Shown one piece after another: positions 21,750 to 30,669 of a DNA stretch of 64,000 bases. The DNA is from Rikenella microfusus (GTDB lineage: Bacteria; Bacteroidota; Bacteroidia; Bacteroidales; DYQK01). The stretch covers positions 5,630 to 69,629 of the forward strand of contig DYQK01000001.1 of assembly GCA_020719385.1 (NCBI GenBank), written 5' to 3'. The number at the start of each line of letters is the position of its first letter. Position 1 is the stretch's first letter. A program made the position numbers and the translations under genes. The notes beneath the pieces were generated by a model. That model searched no databases, was not told the origin of the DNA, and saw only the letters and a program-made list of their open reading frames with translations.

Positions 21750-23051
21750 ATGAATCAGAGAATAAACATTTTTCGAAGTTTAAAAAATAAAATTTCTCAA
21801 AAAATTTCGCGAAATATTTTAGTTTTCGAGAATTTTCGTATTGCTTTCGCTTCCATTCGGTCTAATGCGTTGCGAAGTGTGTTGACAATTTTAATTATTA
21901 CCATCGGAATTATGGCATTAGTCGGAATTTTGACCGCCATTGATGCAATAAAAAATTCTATCAACAGCGAATTCTCAAGAATGGGGGCAAATACTTTCAC
22001 AATTACCTCGCGAGGAATGCACATACAAATCGGCGATAATCGTTATCGCACCAAAAATCACGCTGCCATTTCGCATCGCGAGGCTGAACGTTTTAAAAAC
22101 GAATTTGATTTTCCTGCCTCAGTCGCTCTCAGCACGCGAGCAACAGGCACAGGAACGGTGAAATATCTCTCTTTAAAAACCAATCCCAATATTCCCGTTT
22201 TGGGTGTTGATGAGAATTTTTTGTTCAATTCAGGTAATGAAATCGAAAAAGGGAGAAATTTTACACAGCAGGAAGTGCGAGATGGGAAAAATTACGTTGT
22301 TGTCGGGACAGATATTGTTACTACACTTTTTAAAAATAACGAAAATCCTATTGACAAAGTGGTTTCTATTGGAAATGGGAAGTATCGAATTGTTGGAATT
22401 TTAAAAAAACGCGGTTCAAGTATGGGTGGAAATGAGGATAAAATTTGTTTTATTCCTTATACGAATGTGCGACAATATTTTCCACAACCCAATATGACTT
22501 ATAGAATCAGTGTTAAACCGCAGCAAAGTTATATGATGGAAGCGGCAATTAGCGAGTCTGAAGGTTTATTTCGCGTGATTCGTGGTTTATCTGTGAAGGA
22601 TGAAAGCGATTTTAACATCGTAAAAAGCGATAATTTAGCAAATTTGTTACTCGAAAATATTCGTTATGTGACGGTTGCGGCAACTTTGATAGGAATAATT
22701 ACGTTATTTGGTGCGGCTATCGGTTTAATGAACATCATGTTAGTCGCTGTTGCTGAACGCACAAGAGAAATTGGTACGCGAAAAGCCATCGGTGCAACGT
22801 CAAAAACGATTAAACAACAATTTCTCTTCGAAGCCATTCTTATCGGTCAACTTGGCGGTTTTTTTGGAATCTTACTCGGCATTCTTATCGGTAATATGGT
22901 TTCGATGATGGTCAGTACTGCGTTTATTATTCCTTGGATGTGGATCTTCGGCGGCGTAATTTTGTGTTTGGGAGTAAGTCTTGCGTCAGGTTTGATGCCC
23001 GCTATAAAAGCGTCAAAGTTAGACCCGATCGAAGCCCTTCGATATGAATAA
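21750..23051 (+). CDS. ABC transporter permease, MacB/FtsX type
   Basis: N-terminal TM helix, a large periplasmic domain, and a C-terminal 3-TM FtsX domain with ERTREIGTRKAIGA. Confidence 0.85.
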   Translation: MNQRINIFRSLKNKISQKISRNILVFENFRIAFASIRSNALRSVLTILIITIGIMALVGILTAIDAIKNSINSEFSRMGANTFTITSRGMHIQIGDNRYRTKNHAAISHREAERFKNEFDFPASVALSTRATGTGTVKYLSLKTNPNIPVLGVDENFLFNSGNEIEKGRNFTQQEVRDGKNYVVVGTDIVTTLFKNNENPIDKVVSIGNGKYRIVGILKKRGSSMGGNEDKICFIPYTNVRQYFPQPNMTYRISVKPQQSYMMEAAISESEGLFRVIRGLSVKDESDFNIVKSDNLANLLLENIRYVTVAATLIGIITLFGAAIGLMNIMLVAVAERTREIGTRKAIGATSKTIKQQFLFEAILIGQLGGFFGILLGILIGNMVSMMVSTAFIIPWMWIFGGVILCLGVSLASGLMPAIKASKLDPIEALRYE

Positions 23052-23158
23052 TTGGTTTTTGGTAAAAAAAAGAAAAAATTTGAAAAATGATTAATTTTTT
23101 ATAATTTTGTAGCCCCAAAATTTGCGAATTTTTTGGGAAAAATTATTTTTTGGAAAAA

Positions 23159-25621
23159 ATGCAAGATATTTTATCTAAAATGGAGGAAATTTTTGATGGT
23201 ATGGATGCAGAAATTACTGTTATTCCTTTAAACGACCCTGAAACAAAGGACGACATGTTCGAAAAAACTCAATTACCGATTCTCCCAATACGAAATACGG
23301 TTTTGTATCCGCAAATGGTTATTCCGATTTTTATTAATCGCGAGAAATCTATGAATTTAGTCAGAAGCGTTTATAAAACTGACAAAATTATTGGGGTAGT
23401 TACGCAAAGAGACATCAATAACGAGGATCCAAGAACCGATGATTTATATAATATCGGTACGGTGGCTCGAATTTTAAAAATTTCAGAAGTAAACGATGAC
23501 ACAATTTCTGTGTTGGTTCAGGGGAAGAAACGTTTTTTTATCAAAGAAATGTTGACTGAAGAGCCGTATTTTTCGGCAGAAGTTGAATTTTTGTCTGATG
23601 ATATTCCTGATGAAACCGATTCTGAATTTGAAGCAATGACAGGTGCGTTGAAAGATTTGTGTATCAAAGTGGTTCAACTCTCGCCGCACATTCCATCTGA
23701 GGCTGTTATGGCAATCCGAAATATCGAAAGTCCGATTTTTTTAATTAATTTTGTCAGTTCCAATGTTGATGTGGAATTGGTGGAAAAGCAACATTTTCTC
23801 GAAATGGATAATATTCGGGAAAAAATAGGAACTCTTTTGCGTTATCTTTCGCGCGATGTGCAGAAATTACAACTCAAAAGCGATATTCAAAACAAAGTTC
23901 ACGAGGAATTAGACCGTCAGCAGCGGGAATATTTTCTGAATCAGCAGATAAAAACCATACAAAACGAGTTAGGTGGAAGTCCTCTTGATTTGGAAATTGA
24001 AGCGTTAGAGGAAAAAGCAGCAAAGAAAAAATGGCATAAAGCAACTTTCGAAGTTTTTAAACGCGAATTGGAAAAGTTAAAGCGAATACACACGCAATCT
24101 CCCGAACATTCGTATCAATTAAATTATGTTCAGACTCTTGTTGAACTTCCTTGGAACGAATTTACAAAAGACAATTTTGACTTACATCGGGCGGCGAATA
24201 TTCTCAACGAGGATCATTTTGGTTTGGAAAAAGTGAAAGAACGAATTTTGGAACATCTTGCTGTTTTGAAACTCAAAAAAAGTATGAAAGCACCGATTTT
24301 GTGTCTCTTTGGTCCTCCTGGGGTCGGAAAAACTTCGCTTGGGAAATCCATCGCAAGAGCCTTAGGACGCAAGTACGTAAGAATATCTCTCGGCGGACTT
24401 CATGACGAGGCAGAGATTCGCGGACACAGAAAAACTTATGTCGGAGCAATGCCGGGAAGAATTATTCAGAATCTTAAACGCATTCAGTCTTCGAATCCTG
24501 TTTTTGTGTTGGATGAAATCGATAAAATCGGGCATGATTTTCGCGGCGATGCGTCTTTTGCGTTGCTTGAAGTTCTTGACCCCGAACAAAACGCAAATTT
24601 TTACGACAATTATCTCGAATTGGAATATGATTTGTCAAAAATTTTGTTCATCGCTACTGCAAATTCAACTGCCGATATTAAACCTGCGTTGCGCGACAGA
24701 ATGGAAATGATAAATATCACAGGTTATGTGGTTGAGGAAAAAATCGAAATCGCAAAAAGACATTTAATTGAGAAGCAACTTGAGGAAAACGGCATAAAAT
24801 CTGCGAATCTTGAGTTTTCTGACGAAACACTTGCGTTTATTATTGATATTTACACAAAAGAATCGGGTGTGCGAGAGTTGGAAAGACAAATTGCAAAGAT
24901 TTGTCGCAAGATGGCAAAGAAAATTGCGTTGAAAGAATCGTATAAACCTCAAATTTCGATTTCTGATGTTACTGAAATGCTTGGAATTTCGAAATATGAA
25001 AAAGAGAAATATGAAAATAATGATTTTGCAGGTGTCGTTGTCGGACTTGCTTGGACTGCGGTGGGCGGAGAAATTCTTTTTGTCGAAACTTCTTTGAGTA
25101 AAGGTGCAGGAAAACTCACTTTGACAGGAAATTTAGGTGACGTAATGAAGGAATCAGCCGTTTTGGCACTCGAATATATAAAATCGAATGCGAAAATGTT
25201 TAACATTGATGAGAAAATGTTTAAATTTTTGAACGTTCACATACATATTCCTGAGGGTGCAATTCCCAAAGATGGACCGTCGGCAGGAATAACTATCGCA
25301 ACTTCGTTGCTCTCAGCATTTACGCAGCGAAAAGTTCGCAGCAATTTAGCGATGACAGGTGAGATAACATTGCGTGGAAAAGTCTTGGGTGTCGGCGGAA
25401 TAAAGGAAAAAATTCTTGCAGCAAAACGCGCAAACATTACCGATATTATTTTGTCAGAGGAAAATCGCAAACACATTACAGAAATCAACAAATTGTATCT
25501 CAAAGGTTTAACGTTTCATTACGTTAAAACGATTCAGGAGGTTTTCGATATTGCTTTGTTGAACGAGAAGGTTTCGAATCCACAAATTTTCGATTTTTCT
25601 TCGAAAAAAGAAACGAAATAA
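23159..25621 (+). CDS. lon: endopeptidase La (Lon protease)
   Basis: LON substrate-binding N-domain, Walker A GPPGVGKTS, Walker B VFVLDEIDK, and protease site KDGPSAGIT. I chose the ATG at 23159 (the track uses a TTG at 23150). Confidence 0.95.
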   Translation: MQDILSKMEEIFDGMDAEITVIPLNDPETKDDMFEKTQLPILPIRNTVLYPQMVIPIFINREKSMNLVRSVYKTDKIIGVVTQRDINNEDPRTDDLYNIGTVARILKISEVNDDTISVLVQGKKRFFIKEMLTEEPYFSAEVEFLSDDIPDETDSEFEAMTGALKDLCIKVVQLSPHIPSEAVMAIRNIESPIFLINFVSSNVDVELVEKQHFLEMDNIREKIGTLLRYLSRDVQKLQLKSDIQNKVHEELDRQQREYFLNQQIKTIQNELGGSPLDLEIEALEEKAAKKKWHKATFEVFKRELEKLKRIHTQSPEHSYQLNYVQTLVELPWNEFTKDNFDLHRAANILNEDHFGLEKVKERILEHLAVLKLKKSMKAPILCLFGPPGVGKTSLGKSIARALGRKYVRISLGGLHDEAEIRGHRKTYVGAMPGRIIQNLKRIQSSNPVFVLDEIDKIGHDFRGDASFALLEVLDPEQNANFYDNYLELEYDLSKILFIATANSTADIKPALRDRMEMINITGYVVEEKIEIAKRHLIEKQLEENGIKSANLEFSDETLAFIIDIYTKESGVRELERQIAKICRKMAKKIALKESYKPQISISDVTEMLGISKYEKEKYENNDFAGVVVGLAWTAVGGEILFVETSLSKGAGKLTLTGNLGDVMKESAVLALEYIKSNAKMFNIDEKMFKFLNVHIHIPEGAIPKDGPSAGITIATSLLSAFTQRKVRSNLAMTGEITLRGKVLGVGGIKEKILAAKRANITDIILSEENRKHITEINKLYLKGLTFHYVKTIQEVFDIALLNEKVSNPQIFDFSSKKETK

Positions 25622-25642
25622 TTTTGCCTTTTCAGTTAATAT

Positions 25643-25675
25643 AACCTTTTCATTGTTTTAAACGATGAAAAGGTT
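25643..25675 (+). terminator. terminator hairpin after lon
   Basis: AACCTTTTCATtgttttaaacgATGAAAAGGTT with an 11-bp stem, 22 nt after the lon stop. The T-tract is weak. Confidence 0.6.
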
Positions 25676-25676
25676 T

Positions 25677-25861
25677 GTCGGTTTTGGAAGCGATTCTTTT
25701 GAAAAATTAACACAGAATATAGAATTGACTTCAACAAATACATTTATTTGTTGAAGTATTTGGTTACAATGCCAACGTAACGGCATTTCAGAAAGAAATA
25801 CAAAAAAGAGGAATATCTTGAGGCTGCAAAAAAAGAATTCGGTGAAATAGAAACAGAATAA
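25677..25861 (+). pseudogene. decayed gene remnant (frame-broken, no start codon)
   Basis: Three frames give successive protein-like pieces: VGFGSDSFEKLTQNIELTSTNTFIC*, then VFGYNANVTAFQKEIQKRGIS*, then ..KKEEYLEAAKKEFGEIETE*. The last shift is at an A-run (caaaaaagagg). No intact ORF is present. Confidence 0.35.
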
Positions 25862-25914
25862 AATTAATTTTTCAAAAAAAATAGCGACAAATTTTAATTT
25901 GCCGCCACAAAGAT

Positions 25915-27369
25915 TTAATTTTTTAATTCCTTTTCAACAATTTCTTTGTCATCGAAAGGAAATTTCACGCCGTTAATTTCTTGATAATTTTCATGTCCTT
26001 TTCCAGCAATTAAAATGACGTCATTTTTTCGAGCCAAATGACAAGCCATTTTTATTGCCTCGCGTCTGTCTGTAATTTTAAATGTCTTCTTAACATCTTG
26101 ATTATCAAGTCCTTGAAACATTTCCTCAATAATTTCTTCAGGTTTTTCTGTCCGCGGATTGTCGGAAGTTAAAATCAAAATATCGCTATTCTCAGCAGAA
26201 ATTTTTGCCATTATTGGTCGTTTTGTCCTATCGCGGTCGCCGCCTGCACCCACAAGAGTGATGAGTTTGGTCTCTTGATTTCTCATTTCGTTGATAGTTT
26301 GCAACACATTTTGCAACGCATCAGGAGTGTGTGCGTAATCAACAATTGCGGTAATATCGGCAAAATGCACCGTTTCGAAACGTCCCGCTACGGGCTGGAG
26401 TTCTGAAATGATTCGCAAAACTTCATTTTTTTCTTGTCCCAAAAGAATTGCCGCCGAATAAATCGCAAGCAAATTATATGCGTTAAATGTTCCAATTAAA
26501 TGCGTCCAAACTTCTACATTATCAAGCACTAACAACATTCCGTCAAAGTGTTTCTCCAAAATTTTTGCTTTAAAATCAGAAATTGACTTCAAAGAATACT
26601 CAAATTTTTTTGCTTTTGTGTTTTGCAACATAATTTTTCCGTTCTTGTCGTCAGAATTTATCAATGCGAAAGCAAATTCGGGCAAATTATCGAAAAAAGT
26701 TTTCTTCGCTTTGATATATTCCGCAAAAGTTTTGTGATAATCCAGATGGTCGTGAGTAATATTCGAAAAAATTCCGCCCGCAAAAGTTAACCCCGAAATG
26801 CGATGTTGAACCACAGAATGCGAACTAACTTCCATAAAAGCAAATTCGCAATTTTGTTTTACCATTTCATTTAACCAAAAATTAAGCGAAATTGCATCGG
26901 GAGTTGTGTGCGTGGCAGGAAATTCTTGCTCATTAACGTAATATTTCACCGTCGAGAGACAGCCAACTTTGTAATCAAGTTTCAAAAACATCCGATACAA
27001 AAGCGTTGCGGTGGTTGTTTTGCCGTTAGTTCCCGTTACTCCGACAAGTTTTAACTTTTTCGATGGAAAATCATAAAACGCAGTTGCGATTTTTCCTAAA
27101 CTTTCAGAAACATTTTTCACCAAAATAAAAGTAACTTTTTCAGAAATATTTGCGGGCAATTTCTCGCACAAAATGGCTGCTGCTCCGTTTTTGATAGCCG
27201 AGTCAATAAAAGTGTGTCCATCAACTTGTGTGCCTGAAATTGCAGCAAAAAGACAATTTTTGTTTACTTTTCTCGAATCTATTTCGATTTTTTCTATCAA
27301 AATTTCCGAATTTCCCAAAATTTTTGAAATTTTAATTTGAGATAATAAGTACGTTAATTCTTTTTTCAT
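25915..27369 (-). CDS. murE: UDP-N-acetylmuramoyl-L-alanyl-D-glutamate--2,6-diaminopimelate ligase
   Basis: Mur ligase P-loop GVTGTNGKTTT and the MurE DNPR motif (TSDNPRTE). Start trimmed to the ATG at 27369, 20 nt after a TAnnTTTG box. Confidence 0.9.
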   Translation of the reverse strand: MKKELTYLLSQIKISKILGNSEILIEKIEIDSRKVNKNCLFAAISGTQVDGHTFIDSAIKNGAAAILCEKLPANISEKVTFILVKNVSESLGKIATAFYDFPSKKLKLVGVTGTNGKTTTATLLYRMFLKLDYKVGCLSTVKYYVNEQEFPATHTTPDAISLNFWLNEMVKQNCEFAFMEVSSHSVVQHRISGLTFAGGIFSNITHDHLDYHKTFAEYIKAKKTFFDNLPEFAFALINSDDKNGKIMLQNTKAKKFEYSLKSISDFKAKILEKHFDGMLLVLDNVEVWTHLIGTFNAYNLLAIYSAAILLGQEKNEVLRIISELQPVAGRFETVHFADITAIVDYAHTPDALQNVLQTINEMRNQETKLITLVGAGGDRDRTKRPIMAKISAENSDILILTSDNPRTEKPEEIIEEMFQGLDNQDVKKTFKITDRREAIKMACHLARKNDVILIAGKGHENYQEINGVKFPFDDKEIVEKELKN

Positions 27370-27476
27370 TTTTAACTGAAATTTTTTGCAAAAGTAAAAA
27401 TATTTCGCATATCTAAAAGTCAATTAGAAAATAAATTTTGAGATTTTTTAAAATTTTTTCTGTAAAAAAAAAGTTT

Positions 27477-27513
27477 AAATTCTGTCAAATTTTTTCAAAA
27501 TCTGACAGAATTT
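27477..27513. repeat. TGTCAGAT-core palindromic element, copy 4
   Basis: AAATTCTGTCAaattttttcaaaatcTGACAGAATTT with 11-bp arms, 3 nt after the ccoP-like stop. Confidence 0.75.
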
Positions 27514-27515
27514 AT

Positions 27516-28052
27516 TTATTCCTGAACACCTTGCGGCGGTTTTGCATTGGCAGGATTTGAACCTTTGATTTTTAATAAAATATAACTCACTACCATAAGT
27601 GCTTGATTATCCGACATTTGCGAATTAAACGCAGGCATTCCCTTTTCTTGAAAACCATATTTGATAGTTTTAAAAACTTGCGTTGGTTTTCCACCGTGAA
27701 TCCAAGAATTATCTGCCAAATTCGGACCAATAGCATTTCCCTCGCCCAAATTTCCGTGACAACTGGCACAAGTTTTTTCGACAAATAATTCTTTTCCTTT
27801 TTCTAAACTTTCGTTATCCGAGAGAAGTGAAAAATTATTCTCATCAAAATTTGAGACAGATTTAGTTTTTTGAAACTGCGAAATAGCGGCTTCATATTCG
27901 GCTTCTTGCAATTTTCCTTGAAAAAATACGTGAAAATGTACAAAATAAATCACTGCCGCAAAAACCGTTACGACAAACAAATACGTTATCCAACGCGGAA
28001 TAGAATTGTCTAACTCTTGAATTCCGTCAAAAGAATTTTCTGAATCTTCCAT
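27516..28052 (-). CDS. cbb3-type cytochrome c oxidase subunit III-like mono-haem cytochrome c (CcoP/FixP N-terminal domain)
   Basis: FixP-type N-terminal motif DGIQELDNSIPRWITYLF, a TM helix, and one CxxCH site (CASCHG). Confidence 0.7.
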   Translation of the reverse strand: MEDSENSFDGIQELDNSIPRWITYLFVVTVFAAVIYFVHFHVFFQGKLQEAEYEAAISQFQKTKSVSNFDENNFSLLSDNESLEKGKELFVEKTCASCHGNLGEGNAIGPNLADNSWIHGGKPTQVFKTIKYGFQEKGMPAFNSQMSDNQALMVVSYILLKIKGSNPANAKPPQGVQE

Positions 28053-28055
28053 ATT

Positions 28056-28220
28056 TTAATTATTTTCGTCAAAAGGAAGTTGAGAATATCGATTCAAAAC
28101 ACTTTTTTTCATAAAAAATGTTAAAATAATTAAAAAAACAAAAACAATAATTAAAAAAATTAACGACAAAATGGCAAAAAATTCAATATTCGCAATTTCC
28201 TGTAGATAAGAATTTAACAT
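28056..28220 (-). CDS. CcoQ/FixQ-like small membrane protein
   Basis: 54 aa from the ATG at 28220 with a single TM helix. It sits 3 nt upstream of the ccoP-like gene and 21 nt after a TAnnTTTG box. Confidence 0.45.
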   Translation of the reverse strand: MLNSYLQEIANIEFFAILSLIFLIIVFVFLIILTFFMKKSVLNRYSQLPFDENN

Positions 28221-28240
28221 TTTCGCTTTTTTTGAAAATA

Positions 28241-28248
28241 CAAAATTA
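28241..28248 (-). promoter_or_regulatory. -7 box TAATTTTG for ccoQ-ccoP
   Basis: The plus strand reads CAAAATTA, 21 nt upstream of the ATG at 28220. Confidence 0.5.
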
Positions 28249-28563
28249 AACAATTTTTTCAATTTAAAAAAGAGATATTATTTTTTCGAAAAATTTTTGA
28301 GAAAAATTGAGAAATTTCACAAAAAACAGAAAAATTGGGTGAAAAATGAGAAAAAATTCGATTTTTTAGCAAAAAATGATAAAAACTTAATTTTCGTTTA
28401 ATCTCTTGATTTTCAATATTTTAACTAAAAATCAAGAATTTTTGCGAAAAAAATTTAAAAAAAAAATCATTTTTTTCTCATTGATAATCAATGAGTTGTG
28501 ATTTTTTTTGAAAAAAAATGAAAAAAAGTTGAGAAAAAATTTGGTGGTTTCAAATAATGTTTT

Positions 28564-28571
28564 TATATTTG
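28564..28571 (+). promoter_or_regulatory. -7 box TATATTTG for tRNA-Asp
   Basis: TTATATTTGCAACG lies 59 nt before the tRNA 5' end. The same 14-mer occurs (reverse complement) at 47503-47518. Confidence 0.55.
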
Positions 28572-28629
28572 CAACGTCAAAATGAAAAAGCGAATATTGA
28601 TAAAAAAAATTCGTTTTAAAGTTCAAAAC

Positions 28630-28703
28630 GGTCGGGTAGTTCAGTTGGTTAGAATGCCGCCCTGTCACGGCGGAGGTCGCGGGTTCGAGTCCCGTCCAGA
28701 CCG
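28630..28703 (+). tRNA. tRNA-Asp (anticodon GUC)
   Basis: Hand-folded cloverleaf: acceptor GGTCGGG/CCAGACC (one mismatch), D arm GTTC..GAAT, anticodon stem CCGCC/GGCGG with loop CTGTCAC, T arm GCGGG TTCGAGT CCCGT. No encoded CCA. Close to the E. coli tRNA-Asp pattern. Confidence 0.9.
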
Positions 28704-28713
28704 CTTCATAAAC

Positions 28714-28747
28714 AAAGGTTCGTAACGGATGAGTTGCGAACTTTTTT
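28714..28747 (+). terminator. intrinsic terminator after tRNA-Asp
   Basis: GTTCGTAACggatgaGTTGCGAAC (one G-U pair) followed by TTTTTT. Confidence 0.75.
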
Positions 28748-28761
28748 GTTTTCTCACGATA

Positions 28762-28798
28762 AAAAATTGTCAGATTTTGAAAAAACTTGACAATTTTT
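28762..28798. repeat. TGTCAGAT-core palindromic element, copy 5
   Basis: AAAAATTGTCAgattttgaaaaaactTGACAATTTTT with 11-bp arms, 22 nt after the FkbM gene stop. Confidence 0.75.
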
Positions 28799-28820
28799 AA
28801 CTTTTCTCAATATTTGAGAA

Positions 28821-29702
28821 TTATTTTGCGACAAAAATTTGGTTTTGTTTAGATTTATGAACCGTCAAGACATCAATAGTGCCTTTTTCGGGGATAAATT
28901 TTTGAAAATTATTGAGAGAAATATTTTTTCCTGTCTTGCTGTCAAAAAGAAAATATTCTAAAGATTCAAAAAAATCTGAAAAATCTTTGAATGTTAAATT
29001 TTTTTCCTGCAAAATATATAAACCCATTTCAAAGATTATCAATGGTTTATGAATTTCGAGAATTTTTCTTGCCCCTCGAAGAACGTTTATTTCGTAGCCG
29101 TCAGTGTCAATTTTTATAAAATCAACTTTTTCCAAGTGTTGCGAGACAAAAAAATCATCAAGCGATATTGACGGCACTTCTTCTGTGTTTTGAATAGTTC
29201 CGCCGTGAAGTGGATGCGTGTTTTCGAATTTTTTTCCACTGATATCCCAACTCGAATATGCCGTTAACAAACTTTTTTCTGAACTTTTTTCCGACACAAA
29301 ACATTGATTTACAACAATTTGCGGAGATAAATTTTCATTTAACTCAATATTTCGTTTAAATTTTTTCAACGCATAATGTGTTGGTTCGAAAGAAAAGACT
29401 TTACTTTTAGGAAAATTTTTTGCAAATTGCAAAGTCATAATTCCAAAATTTGCCCCGACATCGAAGATGACAGGATTTTCGGAGAGTTTTAAAAACGAAT
29501 TTTTCGAAACGTGAGACTGAAAATTGCCAAACAAAAACAACGACAAATCAAGTCCTTCGTTCAAATGCACCTCAAAGCGAATTTTTGACCTTTCAATAAT
29601 ATACGATGGTTTTCTGAAAAAAATTTTAACCATTCGATATAAAATTTTCGCAAAACTCAATTTAATTAACGTTAAAGGCAATTTTCGAAACAAACTTTTC
29701 AT
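28821..29702 (-). CDS. FkbM family methyltransferase
   Basis: SAM-binding motif FDVGANFG and family-typical FEP. Start trimmed to the ATG at 29702, because the track's extension is the translation of a repeat element. Confidence 0.75.
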   Translation of the reverse strand: MKSLFRKLPLTLIKLSFAKILYRMVKIFFRKPSYIIERSKIRFEVHLNEGLDLSLFLFGNFQSHVSKNSFLKLSENPVIFDVGANFGIMTLQFAKNFPKSKVFSFEPTHYALKKFKRNIELNENLSPQIVVNQCFVSEKSSEKSLLTAYSSWDISGKKFENTHPLHGGTIQNTEEVPSISLDDFFVSQHLEKVDFIKIDTDGYEINVLRGARKILEIHKPLIIFEMGLYILQEKNLTFKDFSDFFESLEYFLFDSKTGKNISLNNFQKFIPEKGTIDVLTVHKSKQNQIFVAK

Positions 29703-29716
29703 AAAAAAATGTTTAA

Positions 29717-29746
29717 ACTTGTCAGATTCAGAAAAATTTGACAAAT
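29717..29746. repeat. TGTCAGAT-core palindromic element, copy 6 (between hdrB-like stop and FkbM start)
   Basis: acTTGTCAgattcagaaaaattTGACAAat with 6-8-bp arms. The loop is similar to those of copies 1 and 5. Confidence 0.65.
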
Positions 29747-29750
29747 ATTT

Positions 29751-30602
29751 TTAATTTTTTGGTAAATCTACAGGAATAAAATGTCGATGCAGCCCCAATG
29801 TTTTTTCGTCAATTCCGACAGCCAAACCAATTGCTTGCGTGAGATAAAGCACAGGGATTTTGCAAGATTTTCCCATCGCTTTTTCGATTTCAGGTCTTCG
29901 CATATCCAGATTTGCGTGGCACATCGGGCAAGCAACGATAATTGCCTCCGCACCGCGGCTAACTGCGTCTTCGAGAATTTTGGCAGACAACTTTGCGACA
30001 ACATCGGTTTTCGAAACCGACAAACCTGCGCCGCAGCATTCAGTTTTCATTGCCCAATTGATGGGTGTTGCTCCGAGAAGGGTTAAAATTTTTTCCATTG
30101 ACTGCGGATTTTCCACTCTGTCGAAGTGCAAAACTTTTTCAGGACGCACCAAGAGACAACCATAATAACACGCAACCTTATTTTTCAACGGTTTCACAAT
30201 TTTTTTCTCTAAATTTTCCAAAAAATATAAATTAATCATCTGAATAACATTTAAAATTGTCCCGCTTGCGTTATATTTTGCTTCAATAATTTCCTGAATT
30301 TCGTTTCGCAAAGAAATGTTATGCCGCAATTCGTGTTGCGTTACCGACAAACGACTATAACAAGCCGCACAGGGTACGACTAACTCGTGCAAATTATCTC
30401 TTTCAGCCGCTGCCAAGATTCTTGCGGGCAATGCCAATGACAATTTTTTGTTTAAATTATGTGCTGCTGTTGCTCCGCAACAATTCCAGTCTGAGATTTG
30501 CTGCAATTCTATGCCAAAAAACTTTGCAAGTGCTTCGACAGATTCGAAATATTCGCGTGCAGAGCCTGTTAAGGAACAGCCAGGATAAATTCCAAGTTTC
30601 AT
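29751..30602 (-). CDS. heterodisulfide reductase subunit B-like protein (two CCG domains)
   Basis: Two CCG cysteine motifs (DWNCCGA and TECCGAG) plus the accompanying C..C pairs. Start trimmed to MKLGIYPGCSL at 30602. Confidence 0.8.
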   Translation of the reverse strand: MKLGIYPGCSLTGSAREYFESVEALAKFFGIELQQISDWNCCGATAAHNLNKKLSLALPARILAAAERDNLHELVVPCAACYSRLSVTQHELRHNISLRNEIQEIIEAKYNASGTILNVIQMINLYFLENLEKKIVKPLKNKVACYYGCLLVRPEKVLHFDRVENPQSMEKILTLLGATPINWAMKTECCGAGLSVSKTDVVAKLSAKILEDAVSRGAEAIIVACPMCHANLDMRRPEIEKAMGKSCKIPVLYLTQAIGLAVGIDEKTLGLHRHFIPVDLPKN

Positions 30603-30669
30603 AAACAAATTTTTTGTTAAATATTCGAAAAACCATATTCTTTTAACACTTGAGAAATCGAAAATTTTT

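Noticed and set aside
28432-28668. 78-aa minus-strand ORF (MTGRHSNQLNYPTV...)
   Set aside because: Its 5' end is the reverse complement of tRNA-Asp, and the rest is poly-A/T intergenic DNA. It is an artefact.
28788-28820. TTGACA inside the palindromic elements as a sigma-70 -35 box (for example TTGACA-N17-ATATTT at 28788)
   Set aside because: The hexamer is simply one arm of the palindrome. It faces the 3' ends of genes, and the organism's promoters follow the TAnnTTTG rule instead.
28630-28820. An integrated island or prophage at tRNA-Asp or tRNA-Pro
   Set aside because: There is no integrase, no duplicated tRNA 3' segment, and no phage or plasmid genes on either side. The neighbouring genes have native-looking promoters and composition.
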